This document shows, piece after piece, positions 54,947-64,000 of a stretch of 64,000 bases of DNA. The notes beneath the pieces were generated by a model. The model did not search any database and had not been told where the DNA came from. It saw only the letters and a list, made by a program, of their open reading frames with translations. This stretch comes from Candidatus Caldarchaeum sp. (GTDB taxonomy: Archaea > Thermoproteota > Nitrososphaeria_A > Caldarchaeales > Caldarchaeaceae): assembly GCA_038896555.1 (NCBI GenBank), contig JAWACZ010000004.1:4792-68791 (forward strand). The letters are read 5' to 3'. The first letter of the stretch is position 1, and every line of letters starts with the position of its first letter. Position numbers and translations under genes: made by a program.

Positions 54947-55763
54947 GTTTTTCCCGAGCTTGGTTAAAAACTTGAAAAAGCCGGTTGTAGCTTTGCTGAC
55001 GGATTATGGAACACGGGACACGTACGTAGCCGAGGTTAAGGCCGTCATCCTCAAACACAGGGCTGATGCAGTAATAGTTGACATCACCCACGAAATCGAT
55101 GCCTTTAACGTTCTAGAGGGAGCTTTTCTCCTCATGCTTGCGGCAAAATCTTTCCCGAATAACACAGTCTTCTTAGCTATTGTAGACCCCACCGTTGGCG
55201 GTCATCGGGACGCCATAGCCGTGAAGACAGCGAGGGGAAAAATGTTCATAGGCCCTGACACGGGATTGCTTTATCCAGCAGTATCAGCCGAGGGTATCTC
55301 GAAAATTTACAGGATTGTTGTTGAGAAAATCCCCTCCGTCTCTCCGACCTTCCATGGGCGAGATGTTTTCGCCGAGTTCGCGGGTCTTTTTATCTCGGGA
55401 AAAAATTGGCTCAGGTTTGTTGAGGAGAAAAAACAAATGAATGAGCTTGAGATTACGAAGCCGAAGTGGGGGGAGAATTCGGTGGAAGCCACAGCTTTAC
55501 ACGTCGACAGGTTTGGAAACATCATACTGAACATCCAAGGCACGCTCCCCGAAAGCTGGAAAACCGTTGACATAAAGGCCGCCGACAGCTCCTTCAACAA
55601 CGTTAAGGTCATGAGCTACTATTCACAGGCCTCTGAAGGCGAGCTTGTTTTGCTGGTTGGGGGAACAGGCTACTTGGAGATAGCTGTAAACAGGGGAAAC
55701 GCTGCGAAAGCCCTCGCAATACGGCCTAGCGAAAGGTTGTTGATATCTAAAAGTCGTTTTTAA
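54945..55763 (+). CDS. SAM hydroxide adenosyltransferase / SAM hydrolase family protein (DUF62)
   Basis: N-terminal LLTDYGTRDTYVAEVKAVI signature of the DUF62/fluorinase-like family. Start set to ATG 54945. Confidence 0.75.
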   Translation: MFFPSLVKNLKKPVVALLTDYGTRDTYVAEVKAVILKHRADAVIVDITHEIDAFNVLEGAFLLMLAAKSFPNNTVFLAIVDPTVGGHRDAIAVKTARGKMFIGPDTGLLYPAVSAEGISKIYRIVVEKIPSVSPTFHGRDVFAEFAGLFISGKNWLRFVEEKKQMNELEITKPKWGENSVEATALHVDRFGNIILNIQGTLPESWKTVDIKAADSSFNNVKVMSYYSQASEGELVLLVGGTGYLEIAVNRGNAAKALAIRPSERLLISKSRF

Positions 55764-56265
55764 CGAGGGCTGCTAGCCTCTCCTCGCACCTAATGCTTTC
55801 AAGATATCTAACGGCTTCGGGGTGGAGCCTGCTCCGCCAATCTCCTGACCGTGCTATCAGCTTTCTAATCTCCGTACCCATCAGCCTGCTGCGGTCAAAG
55901 AATGGAACATCTTCCACCTTGTAACCCCATTCCTCGAACAAGATTCTCACAAGGCTGTTGTTGCTGTAGACTGTTTGGAAGGCTGGACAGAAAGAGACCA
56001 CGCGTGAAACCCAAAGCTTATGCTCGCCGATGTCAGGCACTGGGATTACGTAGCACCTGCTCAAATCAACCCCCGACGGCTTAAGCGTACGATATATTAT
56101 TTCAACCCTCTCGCCTGCTGTGAAAGGGTTTTCAACCGTGTGGCTGAACTGGGCGCTCCCAACACCTATTATGCATTCATCTTCTCTTTCAAGAATGTAT
56201 TTGACGGCTTCCAAGTGTCCTAGATGAAAAGGCTGGAACCTTCCGATGAAAAGCCCCCTTCTCAT
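55747..56265 (-). CDS. nadM: nicotinamide-nucleotide adenylyltransferase, archaeal type
   Basis: GRFQPFHLGHLE (HxGH) and SAQFSHTVENPFTAGER motifs. Confidence 0.9.
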   Translation of the reverse strand: MRRGLFIGRFQPFHLGHLEAVKYILEREDECIIGVGSAQFSHTVENPFTAGERVEIIYRTLKPSGVDLSRCYVIPVPDIGEHKLWVSRVVSFCPAFQTVYSNNSLVRILFEEWGYKVEDVPFFDRSRLMGTEIRKLIARSGDWRSRLHPEAVRYLESIRCEERLAALVKNDF

Positions 56266-56305
56266 CCCGACTCAACACGGTTTGGTTGTATATTAGGCGT
56301 TAGCG

Positions 56306-57409
56306 TTAAGCGCTGGCGAGATTTTTGTTAACGAAACCTACTCCATCTATCTCAATCATCCCTCTTTCGTTCAAAGACCCATGCACTCTTGCTTTGCAGC
56401 CAGTCAAAATCTGGCATAACTTTACGCTGGTCAGAGTGTGGCTTGTCAGCTTCGTCACCTCATAGACTGAGCGGCAGTCCGCTAAGGCGGCGTAGATTGT
56501 GAGCATGTCGCCTAAATGTCTGTCAACAGGCGCTTTTTGCTGCAGCTCGGAGACAAGGTCCTCAGCGGCTGCCTGCCCAACCTTTTCAGCTGGCACACCT
56601 TTCTCGCCAAGCCTGTCAACACCTATGCGAACCCCGTTCTCGCAAACGGCAACAAGGCATACCCCAGCGCCGGCGTCCAGGGCGCACTTTGCATCAACCT
56701 CCGTCAAAACTTCTTTTTCAATGAATACGTTTTCATAGCCTTTTTCAACCAAGTGTTTTTCACATGTTTTTGCCATCCGCTCAGCGACATGAGATGGAAG
56801 GCGGGAGGTGTAAGCTATCCCCACGACCTTAACCACTTTAGGCTCTCCTGTCAGATTTATCGGGATCAGCTTTCTGACAGGCCTGCACAACCCGCTGACC
56901 ATACCGTTCCCACGAGGGTAGAACCCTCTCTTCAAAAGCCTCAGCTCCACATCCAACCCCATGGACGCAACCGACGGAAGAAAAACTTGCTCGAAATACT
57001 CGTATGTGGGGGCGTTAGGGTTGTTTGTCCCACCCTTGACGCTGAAGCTTGTTAACCCTGTGCCAAAGCACAAGACCGGAAGCAAAGATTGGAGGACGAG
57101 CGTCGTGCTGCCTGCTGTACCGGTGTCAAGCTCAAGTCTCGATGTTGAAATCCTGCCTGGACTAAAATAAAGTTCGGTTGAGCCTATGAACGCCCCCTTC
57201 ACCTGGGCGGAACACGCTTTCTGCACGGCGGTAACAGCTGTCAGATGCTGGTTGCGAAGACCTGGGTTCTGTCTTTTTCGCCTGATGTTGGTTATGTGGA
57301 GTGGCTTTCCTAGAACGGCTGAGATGGCCAAGGCTACGCGTAAAACCTGTCCACCACCCTCGCCTATTGAGCCGTCTAGCTGAACGTAATCCTCCATCCA
57401 ATCAGACAA
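56306..57409 (-). CDS. rtcA: RNA 3'-terminal phosphate cyclase
   Basis: GGGQVLRVALAIS signature and RtcA-like sequence over its full length (367 aa). Confidence 0.9.
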   Translation of the reverse strand: MSDWMEDYVQLDGSIGEGGGQVLRVALAISAVLGKPLHITNIRRKRQNPGLRNQHLTAVTAVQKACSAQVKGAFIGSTELYFSPGRISTSRLELDTGTAGSTTLVLQSLLPVLCFGTGLTSFSVKGGTNNPNAPTYEYFEQVFLPSVASMGLDVELRLLKRGFYPRGNGMVSGLCRPVRKLIPINLTGEPKVVKVVGIAYTSRLPSHVAERMAKTCEKHLVEKGYENVFIEKEVLTEVDAKCALDAGAGVCLVAVCENGVRIGVDRLGEKGVPAEKVGQAAAEDLVSELQQKAPVDRHLGDMLTIYAALADCRSVYEVTKLTSHTLTSVKLCQILTGCKARVHGSLNERGMIEIDGVGFVNKNLASA

Positions 57410-57486
57410 AGGGATCGATTGTTTTTATGGATTGACGTGTTAAGAGTTAATTAGAGGCGATACAAGTAACTGGCTGGGTCTCAAGG

Positions 57487-58092
57487 TTGGCTGCACCATT
57501 ATACTACCCTGGAGCTACAACGGTGGGCATAAGGGGACGTGACTGCGTCGCTATCGCAGCGGAGAAGAGGTTTGCCTATGGATATTTTGTCATGTCTAAA
57601 CAAGCCCGTAAAGTCTTCAAAATAACAAACTACGTGGGAGCGGCGTGCGCCGGAGTAGTGGCAGACATGCAAAACCTTATAAAGGAAGTGACGGCGGTAG
57701 CTAACCTGTACAAGCTCGAGCAGAACATAGAGCCCAACGTTAGAACAGTGGCTAAAATACTGTCATGGAACCTTTTCGGCAACAGGTTTTTTCCATACTT
57801 CATGGAAACTATTGTCGGCGGCGTTGACCGAGAGGGGCCCCACGTAATAGTCCTCGACCCCCTAGGCTCAATGATTGAAGATGATTACGCTGTCGTTGGG
57901 ACCGGCGCCGAGATAGCGGTGGGTGTTATTGAAAACCTGTACAAACGCGACATGGGGCCGGCCGAGGTTTACGAACTTGCCGCAAAATCCATCAAAGCCT
58001 CAATATCTAGGGATGCGGGCAGCGGTAACGGGATAGACATTTTGCTTTACACGTCAAACGGCCTGAAAGCAGATGACACGATAAGCCTTTAA
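57487..58092 (+). CDS. psmB: proteasome subunit beta (with short propeptide, mature N-terminal Thr)
   Basis: GATTVGIRG processing site/Thr1 and Ntn-hydrolase fold pattern. Confidence 0.9.
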   Translation: MAAPLYYPGATTVGIRGRDCVAIAAEKRFAYGYFVMSKQARKVFKITNYVGAACAGVVADMQNLIKEVTAVANLYKLEQNIEPNVRTVAKILSWNLFGNRFFPYFMETIVGGVDREGPHVIVLDPLGSMIEDDYAVVGTGAEIAVGVIENLYKRDMGPAEVYELAAKSIKASISRDAGSGNGIDILLYTSNGLKADDTISL

Positions 58093-58134
58093 TGCTTTTT
58101 AGACCTAATATTTAAATGGCGCCCGTGGAAAAAC

Positions 58135-58887
58135 TTGACGAGGTTGCAGAACCTCTCTCTGAGGGAGAAAGTATTGATTTACTTGGCTGAAACAGGCGCT
58201 ATAACCAACAGCCTCAAAATCACCACCCCAATCCTGTCAAAACATTTCGGAACGTCCCAGCAATCAGCCTCTAGGCTTTTGATAATCTTGGAGAGAGACG
58301 GATTGATTGAAAGACGTGTAGTAGGAAGGACCAGCTACGTCAAACTGACAAAGAAAGGGGTGGCGCGTCTGCTGGACCTCTATCTTTCGTTGAAGATGGT
58401 TTTCGAAAGACCCGTCAAGATTGTTATGGAAGGACGTGTTTTCTCAGGCTATGGTGAAGGGACTTACTACATGAGCCTGCCCGGCTACGTAAAACAGATG
58501 AAGGAAAAATTCGGCTTCATCCCGTATCCAGGCACGTTGAACGTATCTCTGCTGTCCAAGGACTCGATCGAGAATAAGCTGTTTCTTCAGAAGCATGCCG
58601 ACATCGAGATAAGCGGCTTCCGTGACGAGAAACGAACCTACGGACTTGTGAAAGCCATAAAAGTGCTGGTTAACGATACCCAGCCAGCTGTTATGGTTTT
58701 CCCTGAGAGAACCCTTTACGACAGCTCTGTAGCCGAGCTCGTGGCCGAGGAGAACCTTAGGGAAAAGCTTGGCTTGAAAGACGGTTCACTGATAAAAATC
58801 TCAGCCACCCTTCCACCCAAGCTTTTCTATGAAGGATTCAAACCAGGCAGCTTAACATCTCAACCTTCGACGCATAATACGTCTTAG
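58135..58887 (+). CDS. ribK: CTP-dependent riboflavin kinase (archaeal RibK) with N-terminal winged-helix domain
   Basis: C-terminal GYGEGTYYMSLPGY...PYPGTLNV riboflavin-kinase (MJ0056-type) motifs; N-terminal HTH-like 90 aa. Confidence 0.8.
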   Translation: MTRLQNLSLREKVLIYLAETGAITNSLKITTPILSKHFGTSQQSASRLLIILERDGLIERRVVGRTSYVKLTKKGVARLLDLYLSLKMVFERPVKIVMEGRVFSGYGEGTYYMSLPGYVKQMKEKFGFIPYPGTLNVSLLSKDSIENKLFLQKHADIEISGFRDEKRTYGLVKAIKVLVNDTQPAVMVFPERTLYDSSVAELVAEENLREKLGLKDGSLIKISATLPPKLFYEGFKPGSLTSQPSTHNTS

Positions 58888-59301
58888 CACGTCGCTGCTG
58901 CTCATAGGGTTGACTTTATACTTTTTAAGAGTAACAACCTTTATCTTCAGCCTTCGTTCTCTGCAGAATTTTAAGAATGCTTTCTTTATTCTTGTCTGGT
59001 CGTAGCCGAAAGCCACGACGTCGGGTTTCACCTTCTTCAGCACCTTCTCAAAGGATAGCGGGTCGTAGCCTACAATCGCCTGGTCAACAGGCTTCAAGAA
59101 CTCGACCATTTTCTTCCTTTCTCTTGCTGCGAACACAGGCGGTCTCCTCTTATTCTTCATAACCGTCTTGTCAGACGCAACCAGGACGATGAGCTTTGAT
59201 TTAGGTCCGCCGACCTTCTTCGCGTCGGAAAACATTTTCATATGTCCTAGGTGGAGTATGTCGAAGGCTCCTGTGGTAAGGACAACTTTTGGCTTCACCA
59301 C
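58852..59301 (-). CDS. ribL: FAD synthase (FMN adenylyltransferase), archaeal RibL
   Basis: Cytidylyltransferase-like TTGAFDILHLGH (HxGH) motif; about 149 aa. Confidence 0.8.
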   Translation of the reverse strand: MVKPKVVLTTGAFDILHLGHMKMFSDAKKVGGPKSKLIVLVASDKTVMKNKRRPPVFAARERKKMVEFLKPVDQAIVGYDPLSFEKVLKKVKPDVVAFGYDQTRIKKAFLKFCRERRLKIKVVTLKKYKVNPMSSSDVLRRIMRRRLRC

Positions 59302-60314
59302 TTAAAATCCACCTCCTTCATAAGCCTCAACGCGTCCAGTAGCCCTTCGGCATATCCTATGGAAAGCAGCGAATTCATCATGTCGCCTGACTGCATGAAT
59401 TTCTCCGCATCTTCAACGTAACTTTTTACGTAATTAACATATTCCTCTAGACTCCTGTGCTTAGATACGTAGTTTAAGACTATCCTGCATTTTTCGACGT
59501 ACTTGTTTACCCTGCTGACGAACGGGTTCACGGCCGCGGCTTTGTCCAAAACCTCAGGGCTCAACGCATATGTTTTCACTATTTCACGCTCTGAGAAATG
59601 TAGGCTGGAGGGTATTATAAGACAGTGTGGAGGCTGTGGGAGACTCAGGCTTACTATGTCCTTGGCCAAGCATGCTTTTACCAAAGCATCTTCCGAACCA
59701 AGCTTAGCGACTACAATCGACAGCATATCGTCTCTGAATACCTCTCGCCTCATCAGCCTGGCTGCTTGCAGCAAGTTTTCAACCGCTGCGCATGCTGTAA
59801 GCCCTCCGCCTGCTGTGTCCAGAAGAAACAGAGTATGCAGCCCTCTTGACAGGTTTTCCTCAAGTGTCAGCAAAGGCTGAACATACATTTCGACCTCGTC
59901 AGCCTTCGGTATTGTCGCTATCTTTCCGAATTTGTAGACGTGAAGGCCTGAGACGCTGATTGCAGCCGAAATTATTGAGACGCCGTTAACTATCTTCACA
60001 CCCACGTTTTTTCGGACGGCGAGCGCCCACAAGGCTGCGTGCGTGGTAGCTATCAACGGGTCGCCGGGGGCAAGCACTCCAACAAGTTTGCTGTACGCCT
60101 CGTTTACGATACTGTTAGCCCCATCTTCAAGAATCTTGCGGTCAGCTACCACCATCTTCTTAACGATATCTTTTACATAGAGGAGGAAGTCTTCACTCCA
60201 CATGCTCGTGTAACTATCTACGTACACTATGTCGCACTCTCTCAACGCTTCCTCGGCGTCGTGGGTTAGGGAGCCTTTCCCCCCAAGACCTCCGCCGATC
60301 AGGTACAGCACCAT
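59295..60314 (-). CDS. dph5: diphthine synthase (Dph5; tetrapyrrole-methylase fold) with ~85-aa C-terminal extension
   Basis: N-terminal LYLIGGGLG...CDIVYVDSYTS diphthine-synthase pattern. The protein is 339 aa against about 260 typical, with an extra helical C-terminus. Confidence 0.7.
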   Translation of the reverse strand: MVLYLIGGGLGGKGSLTHDAEEALRECDIVYVDSYTSMWSEDFLLYVKDIVKKMVVADRKILEDGANSIVNEAYSKLVGVLAPGDPLIATTHAALWALAVRKNVGVKIVNGVSIISAAISVSGLHVYKFGKIATIPKADEVEMYVQPLLTLEENLSRGLHTLFLLDTAGGGLTACAAVENLLQAARLMRREVFRDDMLSIVVAKLGSEDALVKACLAKDIVSLSLPQPPHCLIIPSSLHFSEREIVKTYALSPEVLDKAAAVNPFVSRVNKYVEKCRIVLNYVSKHRSLEEYVNYVKSYVEDAEKFMQSGDMMNSLLSIGYAEGLLDALRLMKEVDFKW

Positions 60315-60345
60315 GTCCTGCTATTGTTATATTGAGCTGATTATA

Positions 60346-61404
60346 ATGGATTCTGGGTTGAAGGCGGTAATCCTGGCCGCTGGTTATGGAAAGAGGTTAA
60401 TGCCTCTTACGGCCGACAGGCCTAAGCACGTCTTGCCGTTGGCTGGAAAACCTCTCATCAGCCACACTGTGGAAGCCTTAGCTAAAGCCGGTTTAGCCAA
60501 AATAGGTATCCTGCTTGGATACCGTTCCGAGGAAATCGTGAATGCGTTGAAAAAGTTTGACGATGTTAAGCTGGAGTACATCTATCAAGAGAAAATAACG
60601 GGCACGGGAGCGGCCCTTAAAGAATGCATGGGTTTTCTAGCTGGGGAAGACCATTTTCTCGTTGTTTACGGCGACATAACCCTCACTCCAGAGGTCTTGA
60701 CCGCGCTTCTAGATTTCTTTAAACAAAGTAGGCTTGACGGCGTGCTGGCTGCTGTTGAAGTTGACGAAACCAAAGCCTACGGCGTGGTTGAAACAAGAGA
60801 TGGGTTGCTGAATAGGATTGTGGAAAAGGGAAAACTCCCCGGCCCAGTCAACGCTGGAATATACATACTCAGCGGCGACGTCTTCGAAGAGCTGGATAAA
60901 ACAACACCCTCCGTCAGGGGTGAAATAGAGCTTACAGACGCTCTGAACAGCCTTGTAGCTAAGGGGGCAAGGATAGGCGTGATATTTTTGGAGAAGGGAT
61001 GGTGGTTTGACATCGGTAGACCTGCTGACTACCTCGCCGCCAACCAAGCCTACATCGGCAAGCTTTTAGGCAAGGGGGTGATGGTTGAACAAAAAGCCTA
61101 CTTTGGAGACAAGGTTTCGCTAAAAGGCCCTCTCATAATAGGCCAGGAAGTCGTGATCGAAGACAACTGTGTGGTCGAGGGGCCGACAATGATCTGCGAG
61201 GGTGTGAAAATCGCTGCCGGCAGCGTTGTTAAAAGCAGCGTGATTTTAGAGGACTGCTACATAGGTCCCGGCTCAAAGCTTCATAACTCGATTTTATGCG
61301 AGAAAACAGTGCTTGAGAAAGGGGTTGAGGTGGTTGCAGATGGTTTTCCAGCATACATGAGCATGCCCGCGACGACGGTCAGGGAGAGGCTTAAAGTTGT
61401 CTGA
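60346..61404 (+). CDS. sugar-1-phosphate nucleotidyltransferase with C-terminal left-handed beta-helix domain (GlmU/ST0452-like)
   Basis: N-terminal ILAAGYGKRLMPLT nucleotidyltransferase motif; C-terminal hexapeptide-repeat region. Start at ATG 60346. Confidence 0.8.
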   Translation: MDSGLKAVILAAGYGKRLMPLTADRPKHVLPLAGKPLISHTVEALAKAGLAKIGILLGYRSEEIVNALKKFDDVKLEYIYQEKITGTGAALKECMGFLAGEDHFLVVYGDITLTPEVLTALLDFFKQSRLDGVLAAVEVDETKAYGVVETRDGLLNRIVEKGKLPGPVNAGIYILSGDVFEELDKTTPSVRGEIELTDALNSLVAKGARIGVIFLEKGWWFDIGRPADYLAANQAYIGKLLGKGVMVEQKAYFGDKVSLKGPLIIGQEVVIEDNCVVEGPTMICEGVKIAAGSVVKSSVILEDCYIGPGSKLHNSILCEKTVLEKGVEVVADGFPAYMSMPATTVRERLKVV

Positions 61405-61975
61405 GCCTCAAAACGCTCCGCGCCACCATTTTCGCTAAACGCACGGGCTCAGGGTATCGACCTTCGAGAGTAAATTTATCAAGAAGTTTCTTAGCATCCT
61501 CGACGTCAATCCCAAAGCATCGTACAAAAAGTTTGTATCCTGTCTTCAGGATAACAGGGAGCCTCTCGCCGTTTCCTCTGTGGACTTCAAGCCTTTGCAC
61601 CCAGTCAAGGGGAAACCTTTTTTTAAACACCTCATCCAACCCGTCTGACTCCCTGTAGGTTATGCAGATGAGGGGTGTTGAGGTTATTTCGTATAGCTGT
61701 CGTAGGTTTACTACGTTGAACCAGCTTATCACACTGCCCCCCAGCAAAATGATGTTTATGTCGTCTCTGTCCAGGGTTTTCCACATCGATATTATCGAGT
61801 CAGTTGAGTCCATGCCGCCGACGGTGCAGGTGTTGAGCACCAGCCCGTCGACCAGTAGGTCTGAGCGCATAACTACGCCGGCTAGCATGGCTTTGCTCCC
61901 GATTTCCTTCCTGAAGCTTTCAGCTATCCCAAAGCATCTTACGCCCTTCTTACCTATGTTCACTCTCATGGGCAA
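61391..61975 (-). CDS. DUF99/UPF0215-family protein (predicted EndoV-like endonuclease fold)
   Basis: About 190-aa archaeal UPF0215-like pattern (VRCFGIAESF...). Confidence 0.45.
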   Translation of the reverse strand: MPMRVNIGKKGVRCFGIAESFRKEIGSKAMLAGVVMRSDLLVDGLVLNTCTVGGMDSTDSIISMWKTLDRDDINIILLGGSVISWFNVVNLRQLYEITSTPLICITYRESDGLDEVFKKRFPLDWVQRLEVHRGNGERLPVILKTGYKLFVRCFGIDVEDAKKLLDKFTLEGRYPEPVRLAKMVARSVLRLRQL

Positions 61976-62918
61976 GGGCTTTCACAACCGCCGTCCACGC
62001 TCTCGCTACATTGTCTGGGTCGTAGCCGCCTCCCCCCATGGCTAAGATTTTACCCTCACATTTTTCCTCGGCGATTTTCTTCAGAGACACAGCGGCATGA
62101 CGATGTGCCTCAGGAGAGTACTGTAGGTTTGTTAGAGGGTCGCCCAAAAGTCCGTCGGCACCGCATTGAAGTAGGAGAAAATCAAACTCAAACTGTCTTA
62201 GAAAGTTTTCAACCTCCTCGAATGCTTTGATGAACTCGCCGTCCCCCGAGAAGGGCAGCAGCGGTATGTTTAGCTTTCTACCCTTGGCCCTTCCCTCGCC
62301 GGTCTCGTTCCTAAAACCTGTTCCCGGATAAAGTGTTCTCCCATCCTGATGGATGTCGGCGTAAATAACGCGTTCATCGCTGTAAAAGTCGTAGCAGACA
62401 CCATCGCCGTGATGGGCGTCAATGTCAACGTAGGCTATGTTGTTGACTCGCTCGACCTTCAGCAGGTATTCGATTGCAACGGCTGCGTCGTTGAATATGC
62501 AGAAACCACCTGCCCTATCACGTCGGGCGTGATGAAGCCCGCCCATAGGATTGAAGCCGCCTGCAAACTCTCCTCTCAGTATCCTCTTCAAAATGTCCAG
62601 AGTTGTTCCAACAACGTATGACGCTGCTTCAAAACAGCCGGGAAAGGCTGGAGTGTCACCGTAGTCCAAATAGCCATAGCCCTGTCTACACTTCTCCTCC
62701 ACAAACCTCATATACTTCTCGGTGTGGAAAAGAACAATCTCGTCGTAACCGGCTTTGACGGGTTTTACGAACACAGCGTTTTCAACAACCGATTTTTCCC
62801 TGCCGAGCAGCTCATAAAACCGTTCAAGCCTGACCTTGTTAAGCGGATGAGGTTCTGGGAAGCTGTACATCATAAGCTCCTCTCCCTTAGCAACAGCAAC
62901 CCTAGCCATGTTTTTCAC
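61950..62918 (-). CDS. histone deacetylase-family enzyme (AcuC/acetylpolyamine amidohydrolase-like)
   Basis: Zn-binding DIDAHHGDG and catalytic His-His (GGLHHARRD) motifs. Confidence 0.85.
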   Translation of the reverse strand: MKNMARVAVAKGEELMMYSFPEPHPLNKVRLERFYELLGREKSVVENAVFVKPVKAGYDEIVLFHTEKYMRFVEEKCRQGYGYLDYGDTPAFPGCFEAASYVVGTTLDILKRILRGEFAGGFNPMGGLHHARRDRAGGFCIFNDAAVAIEYLLKVERVNNIAYVDIDAHHGDGVCYDFYSDERVIYADIHQDGRTLYPGTGFRNETGEGRAKGRKLNIPLLPFSGDGEFIKAFEEVENFLRQFEFDFLLLQCGADGLLGDPLTNLQYSPEAHRHAAVSLKKIAEEKCEGKILAMGGGGYDPDNVARAWTAVVKALAHESEHR

Positions 62919-62971
62919 AGAACAATACTAGATACATGAATTTATACGTCTTTAGCGTGGTTTGTAGAAGG

Positions 62972-64000
62972 TTGAGCAAAGTAGTTCTGTTCATGGACCT
63001 CGACTACTTTTTCGCACAGGTTGAGGAGGTTGAGAACCCTTCCTACAGAATCAGGCCTCTAGTTGTATGCGTTTATTCTGGAAGAACTGAAGACAGCGGA
63101 GTCATCAGCTCAGCCAACTACCTAGCTAGAAAATACGGGGTTAAGGCCGGGATGCCGATAAAAAGGGCAAAACATCTTCTTCCAAGCGACGCGGTCTACC
63201 TTCCCGTCAGGCTGGAACACTATGCAGCGGTCTCGAGGCAGGTGATGGCAATGCTTGAAAAGTACACCGACAGAGTGCGTGTTGAAAGCATTGACGAAGC
63301 CGTCATAGATATCACAGAAGTTGTAGAGAAGGATTTCAAAAAAGCGGAGGAGCTGGCCATAGAGCTGAAGAAAGAGCTAAGGGACAAAATGGCTTTGAAA
63401 TGCAGTATAGGTATAGCACCCAACAGAGTGGTTGCTAAGATTGCAGCCGATACAGCCAAGCCAGACGGCTTGAAAACTGTTAGGCCGGAGGAGGTGTTAG
63501 ATTTTCTCAAGCCGTTGCCAATCTCAGCCCTTCCCGGCATAGGCGTTAAAGCCGAGGCTTTACTGGAGGACATGGGGGTTAAAACAATAGGCGACCTAGC
63601 CGCCCAGCCCATAGAAGTCTTGGAAAAGCTTTTCGGCCCCAAGAAGGCCCGCTACATCTATCTTGCATCCCGCGGCGAGTTCGACGAACCCATACAGGAG
63701 AAGGGAACCGTGAAGCAGGTGAGCAAGATTATAACTTTAAAGAGGAACACCAAAGACCTAGAGGAAATAGTTTCTGCGCTAGCTCCTGTTGTGAACGTCG
63801 TCTTAGCAAGGCTTGAAACATACAGCCTCGAGGCAACGAAAGTTGGGATTGTAGCCATCACAGCCGACCTCAGAACGGTCACTAGGCAAACACAAATAAG
63901 GCCCGGAGCACATTTTGAGGAGACAATGAAGGCTGTTAAACAACTTTTCGAAGAACTTTTGCAGGAGGATGGGGGGATGGTCCTTCGAAGGGCTGGTGTG
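62972..64000 (+). CDS. dbh: Y-family DNA polymerase IV (Dpo4/Dbh), partial - continues beyond window end
   Basis: N-terminal VLFMDLDYFFAQVEE, SIDEAVIDIT catalytic motifs; little-finger domain begins before the window ends. The ORF is open at 64000. Confidence 0.85.
   Translation, partial: MSKVVLFMDLDYFFAQVEEVENPSYRIRPLVVCVYSGRTEDSGVISSANYLARKYGVKAGMPIKRAKHLLPSDAVYLPVRLEHYAAVSRQVMAMLEKYTDRVRVESIDEAVIDITEVVEKDFKKAEELAIELKKELRDKMALKCSIGIAPNRVVAKIAADTAKPDGLKTVRPEEVLDFLKPLPISALPGIGVKAEALLEDMGVKTIGDLAAQPIEVLEKLFGPKKARYIYLASRGEFDEPIQEKGTVKQVSKIITLKRNTKDLEEIVSALAPVVNVVLARLETYSLEATKVGIVAITADLRTVTRQTQIRPGAHFEETMKAVKQLFEELLQEDGGMVLRRAGV

Noticed and set aside
54940-54947. Back-to-back overlapping start codons of pth2 (minus) and the DUF62 gene (plus)
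   Set aside because: Pth2 more plausibly starts at its third codon (MRKYKQVIVIR..., matching the family N-terminus), which removes the overlap. I treat it as an annotation ambiguity rather than a feature.
1-64000. CRISPR arrays, rRNA genes, integrases/transposases
   Set aside because: I looked for regular short direct repeats with spacers, rRNA-like conserved stretches and DDE/tyrosine-recombinase ORFs and found none. The larger intergenic regions are all under 360 bp.

Overview
This is an archaeal chromosomal window, most likely from a Thermoproteota (crenarchaeal, Thermofilum/Thermoproteales-like) organism. I infer this from non-canonical tRNA introns, the Rpo3/Rpo10 subunits, multiple family-B polymerase paralogs, ESCRT-III-like and NurA/HerA homologs, and archaeal-type r-proteins. 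Gene packing is dense (about 90% coding), with many overlapping stop/start junctions and frequent TTG/GTG starts. Housekeeping content includes two r-protein/RNAP clusters (L3-L4-L23-L2-S19, and RpoD-L18e-L13-S9-RpoN-enolase-S2), LeuRS, three DNA polymerases (an intact PolB, a PolB paralog with degenerate catalytic motifs, and a Y-family Dpo4 that runs off the window end) and primase PriL. Redox and repair enzymes include SOD, Bcp, IscA, Mrp/ApbC, Nth and Ogg, alongside NuoBCD, proteasome beta, RtcA, NMNAT and RibK/RibL. There is an ABC transporter with a THI5-like binding protein. I find six tRNAs: three carry introns at non-canonical positions (D-arm, 3' anticodon stem, T-stem), and a stray 24-nt tRNA 5' fragment lies nearby. 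The most unusual candidates are a CBS-quartet protein fused to an HPF/RaiA-like ribosome-hibernation domain, and a triplet of paralogous beta-hairpin plus winged-helix proteins sitting divergently upstream of a NurA-HerA pair with a 14-bp perfect palindrome abutting the TATA box. Other notable items are an orphan ESCRT-III homolog, an E1 alpha/beta 2-oxoacid dehydrogenase with only a free lipoyl-domain protein, and a decayed FAD-oxidoreductase pseudogene. No CRISPR array, integrase, transposase or rRNA was seen.
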